A stretch of 64,000 bases of DNA from an uncultured virus (IMG/VR IMGVR_UViG_3300000116_000008) (taxonomy: Duplodnaviria; Heunggongvirae; Uroviricota; Caudoviricetes). Made by a program: the position numbers and the translations under genes. The stretch is taken from IMG/VR virus record IMGVR_UViG_3300000116_000008. One strand, given 5' to 3'. The notes beneath the pieces are model-generated. The model was given only the letters and a program-made list of their open reading frames with translations, was not told the origin of the DNA and ran no database searches. How positions within the stretch are numbered: the stretch's first letter is position 1; every line of letters begins with the position of its first letter. Below are positions 9,966-20,395 of the stretch, piece after piece.

Positions 9966-10966
9966 ATTAGTCTATCTGTCCAAGTTTTAGGGGTTTTATC
10001 TGTAATCAGTTCTAAAGGTAAATGATATTCAAATTCTTTAACTTGTGGTCTTATCCATGCAACCATTTCTTTTAATGTTTGATCTACTGATATTGTAGCA
10101 TTGTAATTCCACTCATCTCTCACTTTTTGGCTTGAACAAAAAGCATTTTTTACTTCTGCTGGTCTATCGGGAAAATGTTGAAGATTAGGATATACTTCAC
10201 AAAAGTGCCCAACTTTATAAGCTAACTCTTTAATTGATATTTCATTATCATCAGGACCAATGTTATACACTTGGCCACAAAGATCTGTTCGTGAACTCTC
10301 CATCATTCTATAAATTGCTTTTATACAATCTAAAACATTAGAAAATGATCTTTTTTGATCTCCCTCGCCATATACAATGATTGGTTTATGTTGCAAACAT
10401 CTATTTATCATTATTCCAACAACATTTCTGAAAGGATCAAAATATCTTTGACCGACCCCTACAACATTATGAGGAACTACTGTTAAGTAGTTTAAACCAT
10501 GTAGCTTACTTAATATCTGTAAATGTTGTTCTGCATTTACTTTTGCTAACCCATAAGGATCTACAGGTGCTGGTTGCATATTTTCTGTAAAAGGAGGTGT
10601 TTGTGCCCCATATCTAGCCATAGAGCTACAATTAATAAATAGTCTAATCTTATTGTGAATTGCTGCTGTTGCAGCTGCAATCGTACCTGATACAATACTT
10701 GTAGCAGTAACCATTGGAGAAAAAACACTTAATCCTTCATACGGAAGTGCTGCTGTGTGAAATACTACTTCACAACCCTTCATTGACTCTTTCAATAGCT
10801 CTATGTCTAATATATCGCCTTTTATATACGTTGCAAGTTCAGGTACGTTACCCTCAACACCACCAATCATGTTATCTATACCAACAACTTCATTGCCTTG
10901 ATTAATAAGGAATCTAGCCATAGTGCTACCTAGTAGCCCACTAATTCCTGTGATAAATATTTTCAT
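9962..10966 (-). CDS. NAD-dependent nucleotide-sugar epimerase/dehydratase
   Basis: GISGLLG Rossmann motif, YGLAK. Confidence 0.9.
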   Translation of the reverse strand: MKIFITGISGLLGSTMARFLINQGNEVVGIDNMIGGVEGNVPELATYIKGDILDIELLKESMKGCEVVFHTAALPYEGLSVFSPMVTATSIVSGTIAAATAAIHNKIRLFINCSSMARYGAQTPPFTENMQPAPVDPYGLAKVNAEQHLQILSKLHGLNYLTVVPHNVVGVGQRYFDPFRNVVGIMINRCLQHKPIIVYGEGDQKRSFSNVLDCIKAIYRMMESSRTDLCGQVYNIGPDDNEISIKELAYKVGHFCEVYPNLQHFPDRPAEVKNAFCSSQKVRDEWNYNATISVDQTLKEMVAWIRPQVKEFEYHLPLELITDKTPKTWTDRLI

Positions 10967-11598
10967 TATTTTACTATTCCTGTTACGGTTAAGGTGTATT
11001 TTGGGTTAATACCACAGTTTCCACTAAGATGAAAAATGTTTTGAGGAATCTCTATAGTATATCCTGGTTCCCAATGATGAATCATGTTATCATGAAGTTG
11101 AAGAAAATGTCCCCAATCCCAGGGACTAACTGCAACAAAATAACGTTTAGCTACACCCTCTGGAAATCTCAACCTAAAAGACCCAAACGCGTCAGTATGA
11201 AGCGGGATACCGTGTCCAGGATCATAGCGTAAAAGTCTTACTGCGCTTTTATCTTTTATAAGGTTAATTGAATCAAAAAACTCATCGCCTAGCATTTCTT
11301 TGAGTTTTAAGTCATCTTCAGGCTCACAACCCCAGTTTTTTTCCATGGAGTTGCTTTCATTATACCCTGTATGCATTAGCAAAACTGCTTGTTTCATATT
11401 ATCAGGAGTAGTAAAAGGTCTTGGATTATAATATTTATGTAAAGCCTTATCAATATTATCAGTTGACCAGTTAATTATGTCTTTATAGGGGATATCTAAT
11501 TTCAGTTCTAAGGGGGAAATTTCAAAGTGAGTATCTAAACTAACATTCTTTTCATCTAAATACTGTTGATAGTAGTCTTCTCTGGTGTATGCATTCAT
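10966..11598 (-). CDS. 2OG-Fe(II) oxygenase-like protein
   Basis: PGHGIPLHTD...FHLSGN. Confidence 0.7.
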   Translation of the reverse strand: MNAYTREDYYQQYLDEKNVSLDTHFEISPLELKLDIPYKDIINWSTDNIDKALHKYYNPRPFTTPDNMKQAVLLMHTGYNESNSMEKNWGCEPEDDLKLKEMLGDEFFDSINLIKDKSAVRLLRYDPGHGIPLHTDAFGSFRLRFPEGVAKRYFVAVSPWDWGHFLQLHDNMIHHWEPGYTIEIPQNIFHLSGNCGINPKYTLTVTGIVK

Positions 11599-11622
11599 GT
11601 GTATGCTCCTTTTTAAGGGTAT

Positions 11623-11656
11623 AAAAAAAGCTAGCTAAGAAACCTAGCTAGCTTTT
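11623..11656 (-). terminator. Intrinsic terminator after tctC (possibly bidirectional)
   Basis: AAAAGCTAGCTA/TAGCTAGCTTTT hairpin followed by a 7-U run on the minus strand. Confidence 0.8.
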
Positions 11657-11663
11657 AAACTAA

Positions 11664-12575
11664 TTATTTGTTGTCTAGGCTAATCCAAACGTCAACGATA
11701 TTCCAAAAGTTTTTAAGGCTCATACCCTTTGCTTCCATAATATCACCTGTCAAAATATGGCTTTTACCGTAGTATGCTTTTAAGTCAGCATCTTCCTTAA
11801 GCATTTTCATCACAGCAGTTTTTGCTACTGCTGTTTGCTTTGCATTCATGTTTACACCCTGCATTACACCATAGGTTGCCACATCTTTAAGCTTCCAGTT
11901 TGGAAACACATCTGCAAACTTCACAGTTCCGTTTACACCTGCCGTAGTTGCAAAACAATTTACACCAGGGGTGTTGATCTCACGAGCAGTATAACCAGTG
12001 TAAATCATATCTACGTCACCAGCAACTAGACCTTTAAGAGTCTTGCTAGAACCACTGAAATCTACACGATTAAATTTTATATTGAATTGCTTTTCTAAGT
12101 CAATAAACATTCCTTGCGGATAGTCAGAAACACCTATATTGATCTTTCCATCTTTTCCTTTTATCCACTTCTCAAAATCTGCTTTTGAATTAACATTATT
12201 GTATGGCTTCTTTGCTACACAAAGAGTCATACTTCTTAGAAATAACATTGATACTGTACTGTCTTCAGTAATAGCAGGGTTTGGGTCACATTTTTTTCTG
12301 AATTTATCAGATTTAAATTTATTAGCACTGATTAAATACATTGCAGCTCTGTCAGTATTTTTTACCCACTTATTGTTGGTATGGCAATTTTTAGTCCAGT
12401 GAAGCTTACTATCAAAACCTTGGCTTTGAAGAGCCTTATGGAACATAACTCCTTGTTTCCAAGAATTGCCTGTATTACCAGACGGTACAATGATATCTAA
12501 CTGATCTGCTGTTGCAGCAAATGAAGTAAGTGTTAGTGCAATAGCAAGTGCGCTAGTTTTCTTAAGTAAGTTCAT
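11664..12575 (-). CDS. Divergent TTT substrate-binding protein (TctC/Bug-like)
   Basis: Signal peptide; IIVPSGNTG and VDFSGSSKTLKGLVAGDVDM resemble Bug motifs; next to tctA. Confidence 0.65.
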   Translation of the reverse strand: MNLLKKTSALAIALTLTSFAATADQLDIIVPSGNTGNSWKQGVMFHKALQSQGFDSKLHWTKNCHTNNKWVKNTDRAAMYLISANKFKSDKFRKKCDPNPAITEDSTVSMLFLRSMTLCVAKKPYNNVNSKADFEKWIKGKDGKINIGVSDYPQGMFIDLEKQFNIKFNRVDFSGSSKTLKGLVAGDVDMIYTGYTAREINTPGVNCFATTAGVNGTVKFADVFPNWKLKDVATYGVMQGVNMNAKQTAVAKTAVMKMLKEDADLKAYYGKSHILTGDIMEAKGMSLKNFWNIVDVWISLDNK

Positions 12576-12594
12576 AATATCTCCTATGTGGTTC

Positions 12595-13965
12595 TTACAT
12601 TAAATTGATTTGATAAAAGGCATAAAACGCCTCTAATATTTTGTCTTGTAGCATAAAAGCGATCATTAAGACTAATGGTTCAGTTTTTCGCAGTAAATAT
12701 CCTAGCGGTGTTAAAACTAACATCACTGTAAGATGATACCACATATCATAATCAAGTGACCCAGTGTATAGCACGAGCCCGATTAGTAATATTCCTGTCC
12801 CGATTAACATGTAATTCATATTAACCTTTTGTAGGATGTTAATGTACTTTACTGCAGGCCAGCATAGTATTAACCCTATTGCATTAACTATAACAAACCA
12901 AGCACACAGATGCAAGAACAAATTTGTTTTGATTGTTGTCGTGTAATTGATGATATAGGTATTTATTTCTATAATTGCCAGTAGGAGTGTTTCACTACCA
13001 GAAATCGGAATTCCTATTAGTAGTAAAGGCATTAAACCAGTCATGTTAGTTGCATTGTTTGATGTCTCAGCTGATACTAATGACTTGATATCTCCTTCCT
13101 CAGAATATGTACCTCTTTTTCTCCCTAAATACCTTTCAAGGGCATAGCTAAGATTAGTTCCGACAGCTGTTCCAACATGAGGCACTAAGCCAATAAAAGC
13201 TCCTATAATACTACCTCTAATAGATGATGTTATATTACCAAAATATTCTTTTATATGTAACCAGACAGGAGTTTTATCTTCATAAACTCTATCAGTTTTA
13301 AAGTTTTTAAATTGATCTTTTACCTGTAATAACACAGGAAATACATACAAACTTACCATTACAGGAAATAAAGGTAAACCAGTTATCAACTCAGGAAATC
13401 TTTCATACGGAAGGTAATCTTCAGCAAAAATAGTAGGAGGAACACTTAATTGCCCTATACATGATAGTAAAAATCCTAACGCAAATATAAACGCATTCTG
13501 TATCTTACTATGTCCAAGAAGAAATACGACACTAAAAGATGCAATTAGTAATATTACTGATTGAATATTGTTATTATAAAATTTAGTGATCAGTTCGACT
13601 GCTGAAGGTAATGCTAATAAAACCATACCTAAAGCAATAAAAGCACCAACTACACTTCCTATTGCCGCATTTGAGATAGCTATATTTCCTAGTCCACGAG
13701 AAAACATTCGTTTGCCCTCTCTTACTGCAGGAAGACTACTAGCTTCTCCAGGGACTCCAAATACCGTAGCAACTACACTACCGCTAAACTGTGATACTGA
13801 AGTTAGTGCCATATAAAATAATAATAGTTGTAATAACGTTGAATCTAGTAAAAATGGATAAACTAAAAACAAAGTGACTAAGTTACCTATTCCAGGAATA
13901 AACCCTGAAAAATAACCACAAGTTATACCAGCTAAAACATGAGCTGTGTCGCCTAAATCAATCAT
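12595..13965 (-). CDS. tctA: Tripartite tricarboxylate transporter permease TctA family (second copy)
   Basis: FGVPGEASSL..VREG, SAETSNNA, LLLIGIP. Confidence 0.88.
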   Translation of the reverse strand: MIDLGDTAHVLAGITCGYFSGFIPGIGNLVTLFLVYPFLLDSTLLQLLLFYMALTSVSQFSGSVVATVFGVPGEASSLPAVREGKRMFSRGLGNIAISNAAIGSVVGAFIALGMVLLALPSAVELITKFYNNNIQSVILLIASFSVVFLLGHSKIQNAFIFALGFLLSCIGQLSVPPTIFAEDYLPYERFPELITGLPLFPVMVSLYVFPVLLQVKDQFKNFKTDRVYEDKTPVWLHIKEYFGNITSSIRGSIIGAFIGLVPHVGTAVGTNLSYALERYLGRKRGTYSEEGDIKSLVSAETSNNATNMTGLMPLLLIGIPISGSETLLLAIIEINTYIINYTTTIKTNLFLHLCAWFVIVNAIGLILCWPAVKYINILQKVNMNYMLIGTGILLIGLVLYTGSLDYDMWYHLTVMLVLTPLGYLLRKTEPLVLMIAFMLQDKILEAFYAFYQINLM

Positions 13966-13968
13966 TTA

Positions 13969-15075
13969 CTACTCTAAATAATATTTACCAATTAAAACGC
14001 CCTCTGGATATCTATGTAAAGGAACTCCACGAAGTTTTGAGTTATTTACTCCTAATAAATCCTTAAACAATTCGGGGTATATTTTAAACATTTGCTTTGC
14101 AAATGCGTCTGCCTTTCTTGAGATGTTTAGCTTAGAAACATGTTTTTTATCAAAAAAGGGTGATTTTCTATTCAATACATTAGTTCTACACAGAGTTTGG
14201 AATATATTTCTATATTGTGTCTGCCTAGCAGCACTAAAAGCAAATAATTTATGTTGTCTTAGATAATTTTTTACCATATGACATTGTTTTGAATGAACCC
14301 ACGGAGCTTCTGGGCTTGTAAAAAATGAAAGTCTATTACTTCCTTGACTACCACAAATAAAATTATCTGTATCCCAGATTTCTACATAAAATTTATCTAG
14401 CATCTCATCGTATACTACAGTTGGGTGAGTGCATCCTCTTATTATGATACCAGCTTCTTTTTGTGTTTGCATTGCTATGCCCGCTAATGGGGCAGAATAC
14501 TTTTCAAACGTTCTACTACTATGACTAAATACGTACTTTTCTGTATACGCTTCTTTTAGTAAAGTCCAACTATCCATTTGCCAAATATTTATTGTTGGAT
14601 TACCTATTAAAGAAAGATTAGTTGCTTTTAGTCTTGGAAGAGCTACTTGGTTTATTTCCCAATTTAGATGCTCGTGAAAATCTTTTTCTAGTCCCTCAAG
14701 ATTAGTCGCATAAATAACTATTTCATCAATCTTAATTTTATGTTTAAGAGCCGTGTCTAAAATTACTTGACTGTCAGCACCTCCACTATATGATAAAGCT
14801 ATATAATTATAATTATCTCTATACCATTGTAACCTATTTTTTAGAATATCATCCCATGACTCGATAGGCTCTTTAGTCCAATCATAATAATCAAAAGATA
14901 AATCTTTATCTAAACAACATCTTAGTTTTTCAAATACCTGAGTGCGTGTCAAACCTTTATTGAAGGCGTGATCGATTGCTAACCATTTAGTTGGAAAAAA
15001 ATGACCATCTTGTATATGATAGAATATTCCAGAGTCACTATGATAAAAAGTTTTTGCCGATATAGTTTGGATCAT
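13969..15075 (-). CDS. PP-loop (adenine nucleotide alpha-hydrolase-like) protein
   Basis: LSYSGGADS PP-loop. Confidence 0.65.
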   Translation of the reverse strand: MIQTISAKTFYHSDSGIFYHIQDGHFFPTKWLAIDHAFNKGLTRTQVFEKLRCCLDKDLSFDYYDWTKEPIESWDDILKNRLQWYRDNYNYIALSYSGGADSQVILDTALKHKIKIDEIVIYATNLEGLEKDFHEHLNWEINQVALPRLKATNLSLIGNPTINIWQMDSWTLLKEAYTEKYVFSHSSRTFEKYSAPLAGIAMQTQKEAGIIIRGCTHPTVVYDEMLDKFYVEIWDTDNFICGSQGSNRLSFFTSPEAPWVHSKQCHMVKNYLRQHKLFAFSAARQTQYRNIFQTLCRTNVLNRKSPFFDKKHVSKLNISRKADAFAKQMFKIYPELFKDLLGVNNSKLRGVPLHRYPEGVLIGKYYLE

Positions 15076-15078
15076 TTT

Positions 15079-16056
15079 TTACCATCGCCAATTCTCTTTA
15101 AAATGTTTTACTAATTTTAACAATTCTTTATCAAATTCTTTTTTAGGCTCCCACCCTAATTTTCTGAGAGGATCGCAGCTTATAGCATATCTGACATCTT
15201 GCCCAGGTCTTTCAAAGGATAAATCTAGATGAGTCTCTAAGTCAGGAACTTCTCTTTTAGAATGTTCTAAAAAATAACAATTAATTAGTTTTCTTACTGT
15301 ATCATAGTTAGATTGCTCAAACTCAGACGATATATTGTAGATACAATTTCTTTCTGCTTTTTCATACAAAGTTATTAAAGCATCAGAGGTGTCCTCGGTA
15401 TGAGTCCAAGTTCTAACTGGTAATCCATTGTTATGTAACTTAATTTTTTTATTTCTTGATAATCTTTTACAGGCTAAAGGAATTAGCTTTTCAGGATATT
15501 GATGAGGCCCATAATTATTAGACGGTCTTGCTATTATATAGTCTAATCCATGAGTTCTTGCCCAGCTCTGAATTAATAGATCTGCACTAGCTTTAGTTGC
15601 GGCATAAGGATTAGAAGGATTTAAAGTTGCTGTTTCATCAAAAGATTCTTTTTTTATGTCTCCATAAACTTCATCAGTAGAAATTTGAAAAAATAACGGC
15701 TTATCAGTTCTGATTGTTATTCTTTTTTGAATTAATGTTAAGAGGTTTTTTACCCCATAGATATTTGAGTGTAAAAATGGATCAACATTTTGATTTCCTA
15801 TGTCAACATCGCTTTCAGCAGCTAAATTAAATATTACATCACATTCTGGTAACCAAGTAAGATTACAAATATCTTCCATAATAATGTGGACTTTTTTACC
15901 ATACGTATTGATAAGTTTATCTATTAGTGGTTGATTTGATAAATAACAAAACTTATCAATAGCATATACATACCATCCTTGCTCTAATAATCTTTCAGTA
16001 AAAGTACTTCCAATAAATCCTGCAAAACCAGTTACGACTGCAACTTTTTTAGACAT
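15079..16056 (-). CDS. rfbB: dTDP-glucose 4,6-dehydratase-like
   Basis: GFAGFIG, ISTDEVYG, PYAATKAS, NNYGPHQYPEKLIP, RPGQDVRY. Confidence 0.88.
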   Translation of the reverse strand: MSKKVAVVTGFAGFIGSTFTERLLEQGWYVYAIDKFCYLSNQPLIDKLINTYGKKVHIIMEDICNLTWLPECDVIFNLAAESDVDIGNQNVDPFLHSNIYGVKNLLTLIQKRITIRTDKPLFFQISTDEVYGDIKKESFDETATLNPSNPYAATKASADLLIQSWARTHGLDYIIARPSNNYGPHQYPEKLIPLACKRLSRNKKIKLHNNGLPVRTWTHTEDTSDALITLYEKAERNCIYNISSEFEQSNYDTVRKLINCYFLEHSKREVPDLETHLDLSFERPGQDVRYAISCDPLRKLGWEPKKEFDKELLKLVKHFKENWRW

Positions 16057-17029
16057 AGTTAATTCCTTCTGTTAGCGCAAAACACTTTATGTTGTTAAAT
16101 AGGTAATTAGACACGGTAAGCCCTCTTAATGGTTTATAATATTGTTTATATTCGTATTTATTTAAAAAATCTTCTGGTAGGGCTTCTTCTGTAATATAAG
16201 GAAAACAATTCGGAAAAAAAGTTTCATCCTCTGAGTAGTTAGTATAACTTGTACCATCTAAATCTCTTAATTCATATTTTAATTTATAATAGTTATCTTG
16301 ATATTGTCTTGCTAGAGTATCTATATCAAATTGATCCCACCACTGCAGTATTGCAGCAGCGCTGATTTCGCTAATTTTATAGTTACCACTACGCTCATTA
16401 AATGCGCCCTCGATAATTCCAAAGTTTGTAGCGATTCTAACAGCATCTTCATATTCTTTATCTATAATAGCTAAGCCACCTTCTCCAAAACCAATAGGTT
16501 TGGTATGGTGAAGTGATATATAAGAACCACAAGCATAGTTACAGCTATTTGTACCATCTAAAAAAGTGTAAGGAGACGCTGCATTATCAAATATTATGTA
16601 AGGAAATTTGTGTTGTGATATGTACTCAAAATCTTGTAAATGACCAAATACATTAGTAACTATAAGTATTTTAGCTTGGTCTATATAGGGACTGTCTAAA
16701 TCAATATTAAAATCTGGTCTCATGTCCGTTACTACCGGTCCTTGGGCTGGTCCTAAAGAATTAGAGGCAAAAGTAAAATCTTGTGTTCCAATTCTTGCGG
16801 CTCCGTCCTGTCTTTGTATACCCCAGAGCATAGCATGCAAAGCTGAAGTACCGCTTGAGCAAGCAATAATAGCTTTTGATTCATCAATTTTAAGCATATC
16901 TCTTGCTCTGATTTCAAGTTCTTTAGCTGCCCAGCCATTATTAGTAAACTGATTAGTTTTTTGTGCGGTTTCCAAATAATGTTGAAATTTGTCTTGCAAG
17001 AGTGTTTTTTTGAGTATGTATGGTATCAT
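16049..17029 (-). CDS. DegT/DnrJ/EryC1 PLP sugar aminotransferase
   Basis: SSGTSALH, FDNAAS, SLHHTKPIGFGEGG. Confidence 0.88.
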   Translation of the reverse strand: MIPYILKKTLLQDKFQHYLETAQKTNQFTNNGWAAKELEIRARDMLKIDESKAIIACSSGTSALHAMLWGIQRQDGAARIGTQDFTFASNSLGPAQGPVVTDMRPDFNIDLDSPYIDQAKILIVTNVFGHLQDFEYISQHKFPYIIFDNAASPYTFLDGTNSCNYACGSYISLHHTKPIGFGEGGLAIIDKEYEDAVRIATNFGIIEGAFNERSGNYKISEISAAAILQWWDQFDIDTLARQYQDNYYKLKYELRDLDGTSYTNYSEDETFFPNCFPYITEEALPEDFLNKYEYKQYYKPLRGLTVSNYLFNNIKCFALTEGINYV

Positions 17030-17582
17030 TTCTATAAAGCGCCACTTTTGGTTGTTCTATATCAAGGTCATACACCCTGATTAATGATAATTTGTTCATT
17101 TCTACAAATTGTTCACAAACTTCTCTGATCCCGTTTGTGCTATTATTTGTCCAATAATCATCAAATAATAATAAAGGTATTTCTAAATCAATACATAGTC
17201 TTATATCAGATGCTACCCCTGTTTTAGAGTGATCACCATCTATAAACGCTAAATCAAATAGTTGTCCTTTTAGTTGTTGTTTTACTTTTTTACTGTTACT
17301 TAGTATAAAAGAAAATCTATCACCATGCAAGTTTTTTACTGCTTCAGATGCCTTGATAGTATCAGGATGGACTCCTATATCTACTGATGTTAACTTTGAT
17401 TTCTTATCTACATCAAACTCTAACCACATTGAAGCTGAATAACCTATGTTAAAGCCTATCTCAAGTATTGACTCAATTTTGTATTGATTATATATATCTT
17501 GAATTATAGGTCTATATACGTTTCTATCATTCCAGTGACCTTCTGTAGTTTTAAAATTAGCTAGATGTGGATATTGAGTCAT
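16953..17582 (-). CDS. Class I SAM methyltransferase (Methyltransf_24)
   Basis: LEIGFNIGYSA, FDLAFIDGDH, FDD. Confidence 0.82.
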   Translation of the reverse strand: MTQYPHLANFKTTEGHWNDRNVYRPIIQDIYNQYKIESILEIGFNIGYSASMWLEFDVDKKSKLTSVDIGVHPDTIKASEAVKNLHGDRFSFILSNSKKVKQQLKGQLFDLAFIDGDHSKTGVASDIRLCIDLEIPLLLFDDYWTNNSTNGIREVCEQFVEMNKLSLIRVYDLDIEQPKVALYRNDTIHTQKNTLARQISTLFGNRTKN

Positions 17583-18330
17583 AGACTTGTTCCCAAGGTA
17601 TTAATGGAGTAATGCACCCGTCTTGTAAATGCGTAGCGTGGCCTGGAACTGGGCAGTATGCTCCAACTTGGCTAAAGGCTTTCCAAGTCCAAGTATCGTC
17701 TGCAAAAGCTCCTGCTCTTAATAATTCAAATTTGTATTTTAACCAGGTAGAGCCTAATGCTGCAACAGTTAATGTGGCACTAGGTATAGATCTGATGTGT
17801 CCATAATTTGTAATTTCTAACCTACACATTCTATTGCTATCTATAAAATATCTGTCAGGATAATCTTGAGGTGCATAAAAACCTCCAAATTTATTACCAA
17901 AAAATGCTTTCATCGCTTCTATAGCTTGAGGTATGTGTAAATAATCATCTTCACAAATATAGATTAATTCATCTTTGTTTTGTTCAGATAGTTCTACTAA
18001 AAACTCCATCAACTCTGGACAAGAATTAGCTAACACTGGATGATACGTTGGATATGGATGATTTGCTCTAAGTTCTGGTAACGGAGTAATTTTATGAATA
18101 CTAAACTCTGCATTAGTATTATTTTTCATCCACTCAAGAGTATCGTTGGTGGTTCTATCATCTATAATAATTATTTTATCATTTTTATCTAACGACCTTT
18201 GAATCGAAAGATAACATTTTCTAATTATTTCTAATTTATGTTTTCCATTCCAACGTAGACCCTCTTTTGTCTCGTCTCCTAATGAACCTGCAGATACAGC
18301 AGCTTCTGAACTTCTAAATAATACTATCAT
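17557..18330 (-). CDS. Glycosyltransferase family 2-like
   Basis: IIIDD, IYICEDDYLH. Confidence 0.72.
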   Translation of the reverse strand: MIVLFRSSEAAVSAGSLGDETKEGLRWNGKHKLEIIRKCYLSIQRSLDKNDKIIIIDDRTTNDTLEWMKNNTNAEFSIHKITPLPELRANHPYPTYHPVLANSCPELMEFLVELSEQNKDELIYICEDDYLHIPQAIEAMKAFFGNKFGGFYAPQDYPDRYFIDSNRMCRLEITNYGHIRSIPSATLTVAALGSTWLKYKFELLRAGAFADDTWTWKAFSQVGAYCPVPGHATHLQDGCITPLIPWEQVYDSISTSS

Positions 18331-18956
18331 TTTTTTGGTGGTTTATTAACAATCACACCTGACTTGAAAAACTGTCTATCTTTCATATCGTCGAAAAGAT
18401 GTTCTCCAGAACTTAGTGTGTTGTCATTTCCTAAGTTAGTTCGTTGTGTAACGGTTGTTGCGTTACCTAGCCAGTTATCATCTCCTACGTTACAATAACC
18501 TAGCACAGTGGCATATGTAGTGAATATATTATGGTTTCCCATTCTGACATCATGATGAACAGACGCATAACAATTTAACAAGTTAAAATTACCTATATCA
18601 GCGTTTGCGTTTGTCATTGCAAAACAATTTAGTACATTACCAATACCCAATCTACTAGTTTGAGATAAATGTGCTTCATTAGCCGCTATATTTGGAAAAT
18701 GATTAATGTCTTGCTCGTAAACTTTAAATAAATGTTCTAAAAACTTTTTTCTCCAAACACGATGTCCTGTGCCTAAGACAAAAGAAGCTTTATCAGGGTA
18801 TTTAAAATCATCAACACCTTCTTCGTTAATTATTACTAGTTTATTGTTTTTTAAAATTAGAAAACCTCCGAAGTCTTCTATGACTCCGCCTAACACAAAT
18901 TGATCAAAACACTCTTGAGCATATCCGCCATTTCCTAATAGATAAGTTTTATACAC
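18327..18956 (-). CDS. NeuD/PglB-type hexapeptide-repeat sugar acetyltransferase
   Basis: LLGNGGYA N-terminus plus left-handed beta-helix repeats. Confidence 0.85.
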   Translation of the reverse strand: MYKTYLLGNGGYAQECFDQFVLGGVIEDFGGFLILKNNKLVIINEEGVDDFKYPDKASFVLGTGHRVWRKKFLEHLFKVYEQDINHFPNIAANEAHLSQTSRLGIGNVLNCFAMTNANADIGNFNLLNCYASVHHDVRMGNHNIFTTYATVLGYCNVGDDNWLGNATTVTQRTNLGNDNTLSSGEHLFDDMKDRQFFKSGVIVNKPPKK

Positions 18957-19188
18957 CTTTTATTGTGCCATCTTCGTATGCGGCATCCCATAAATTTCTA
19001 TTAAGTCTTACTCTCTTATCATTAACATCTACGTAATCTGTTTCTAGTTCTTTTTTTACTTCTTCAACTCTATGTTGCAGCCAACTGATAGATGTATGTA
19101 TATGACCGGTATCATGAGGTTGTAACCTACTTTTTGCTACTGCAATTTCATCCATTAACATTATAAGTTTATCGGTATTTTTTATCAT
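18949..19188 (-). CDS. Conserved phage hypothetical protein
   Basis: LQPHDTGHIHTSISWL; coupled ORF. Confidence 0.6.
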   Translation of the reverse strand: MIKNTDKLIMLMDEIAVAKSRLQPHDTGHIHTSISWLQHRVEEVKKELETDYVDVNDKRVRLNRNLWDAAYEDGTIKGV

Positions 19189-20213
19189 TTTTCTTCTCCA
19201 AAAATTGTGTTGTGTGTGTTATTAACTCTTATAAAAGTGGCACACTTTGATAAAGATTTTAGCCTCTTTGCACCTACGTAAGTACAGGCAGATCTAATAC
19301 CACTTAGTATATCTATTAAGGTATTATTAACAGCACCTTTATAGGGTACTTCAACTGTTTTACCTTCTACCCCTCTATAATCTTTAGTAGGAACATTGTG
19401 TCTGCTCATTGCAGATTCAGAAGACATTCCATAAAATCTCATTTTCCCTTCAACAATTTCGCCATCACACTCATCATGCCCAGCTAAAATTCCTCCGATC
19501 ATTACGAAATCAGCTCCTGCAGCAAATGCCTTTACAATATCTCCTGAGTTATTACACCCTCCATCCGCAATAATATGAGCATTAAGCCCGTGTGCTGCAT
19601 CTGCGCATTCCATTACTGCACTTAGTTGGGGATATCCTACTCCAGTTTTTATTCTTGTAGTACAAACAGAGCCAGGTCCTACACCGACTTTTATAATATC
19701 AGCTCCTGCTAAAATTAATTCTTGTGCTATGTCCGCGGTCACAACATTACCAGCAACAATAATTGCATCTGGCAATCTCATTCGCATATCTTTGATTGCT
19801 TCAATTACAGAAATAGTATAACCGTTAGCAACATCAATTCCAACCATATCCCACTTTAAGTGATTTGTTACCATATGTCCTACATCATCAATACCACCCA
19901 TCATACATACATTTTTACCTAGCATCTTATTATTAGTTGTACCGATTCTCCACCAAGTAGCATCTTTCTTCATAAAATGCCTTGCCGGACACGTAATCAT
20001 ACCGTGTTCTAACATTTTTTTATGCATTTCAGGCGTACCTACAGTATCCATATTAGATGCCATAATAGGAACTCCAGTCCATTCCATTTTACTATGTTTA
20101 AATTTAAATGTTCGGGTAATATCAACATCATAACGGGATGTTAGTGTTGATCGCTTAGGTCTCAGAAGAACATCTGAATAATCTAACTTAATATCGTCTT
20201 CGATTCTCATCAT
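19185..20213 (-). CDS. guaC: GMP reductase
   Basis: [54 protein letters not shown]. Confidence 0.95.
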   Translation of the reverse strand: MMRIEDDIKLDYSDVLLRPKRSTLTSRYDVDITRTFKFKHSKMEWTGVPIMASNMDTVGTPEMHKKMLEHGMITCPARHFMKKDATWWRIGTTNNKMLGKNVCMMGGIDDVGHMVTNHLKWDMVGIDVANGYTISVIEAIKDMRMRLPDAIIVAGNVVTADIAQELILAGADIIKVGVGPGSVCTTRIKTGVGYPQLSAVMECADAAHGLNAHIIADGGCNNSGDIVKAFAAGADFVMIGGILAGHDECDGEIVEGKMRFYGMSSESAMSRHNVPTKDYRGVEGKTVEVPYKGAVNNTLIDILSGIRSACTYVGAKRLKSLSKCATFIRVNNTHNTIFGEEK

Positions 20214-20233
20214 TGCCTCATTTTAAATGTGTT

Positions 20234-20395
20234 GGCAGGGCTATTTTAGTTCCCACAGGCATCCAGCCCGCCCTGCCGTGTAGGTAATTTTACGTTCTTA
20301 TATCGAGTCTACCTTATCCGTCTTGGTAGCCCACCTACGTCGCCGATACATTACATCATAGCTACTGATGTACTTTCATCTTTACGATAGTATCG
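20234..20395 (-). ncRNA. Unassigned structured RNA (three closed domains) upstream of guaC
   Basis: Stems GGCAGGGC/GCCCTGCC, GTAGGT/ACCTAC and CGATAC/GTATCG with internal hairpins; ORF-free, GC-enriched. Confidence 0.55.

Noticed and set aside
20344..20395. Hammerhead ribozyme or purine riboswitch assignment of the three-way junction
   Set aside because: No CUGANGA/GAAA core in the right topology and no purine-aptamer joining sequences
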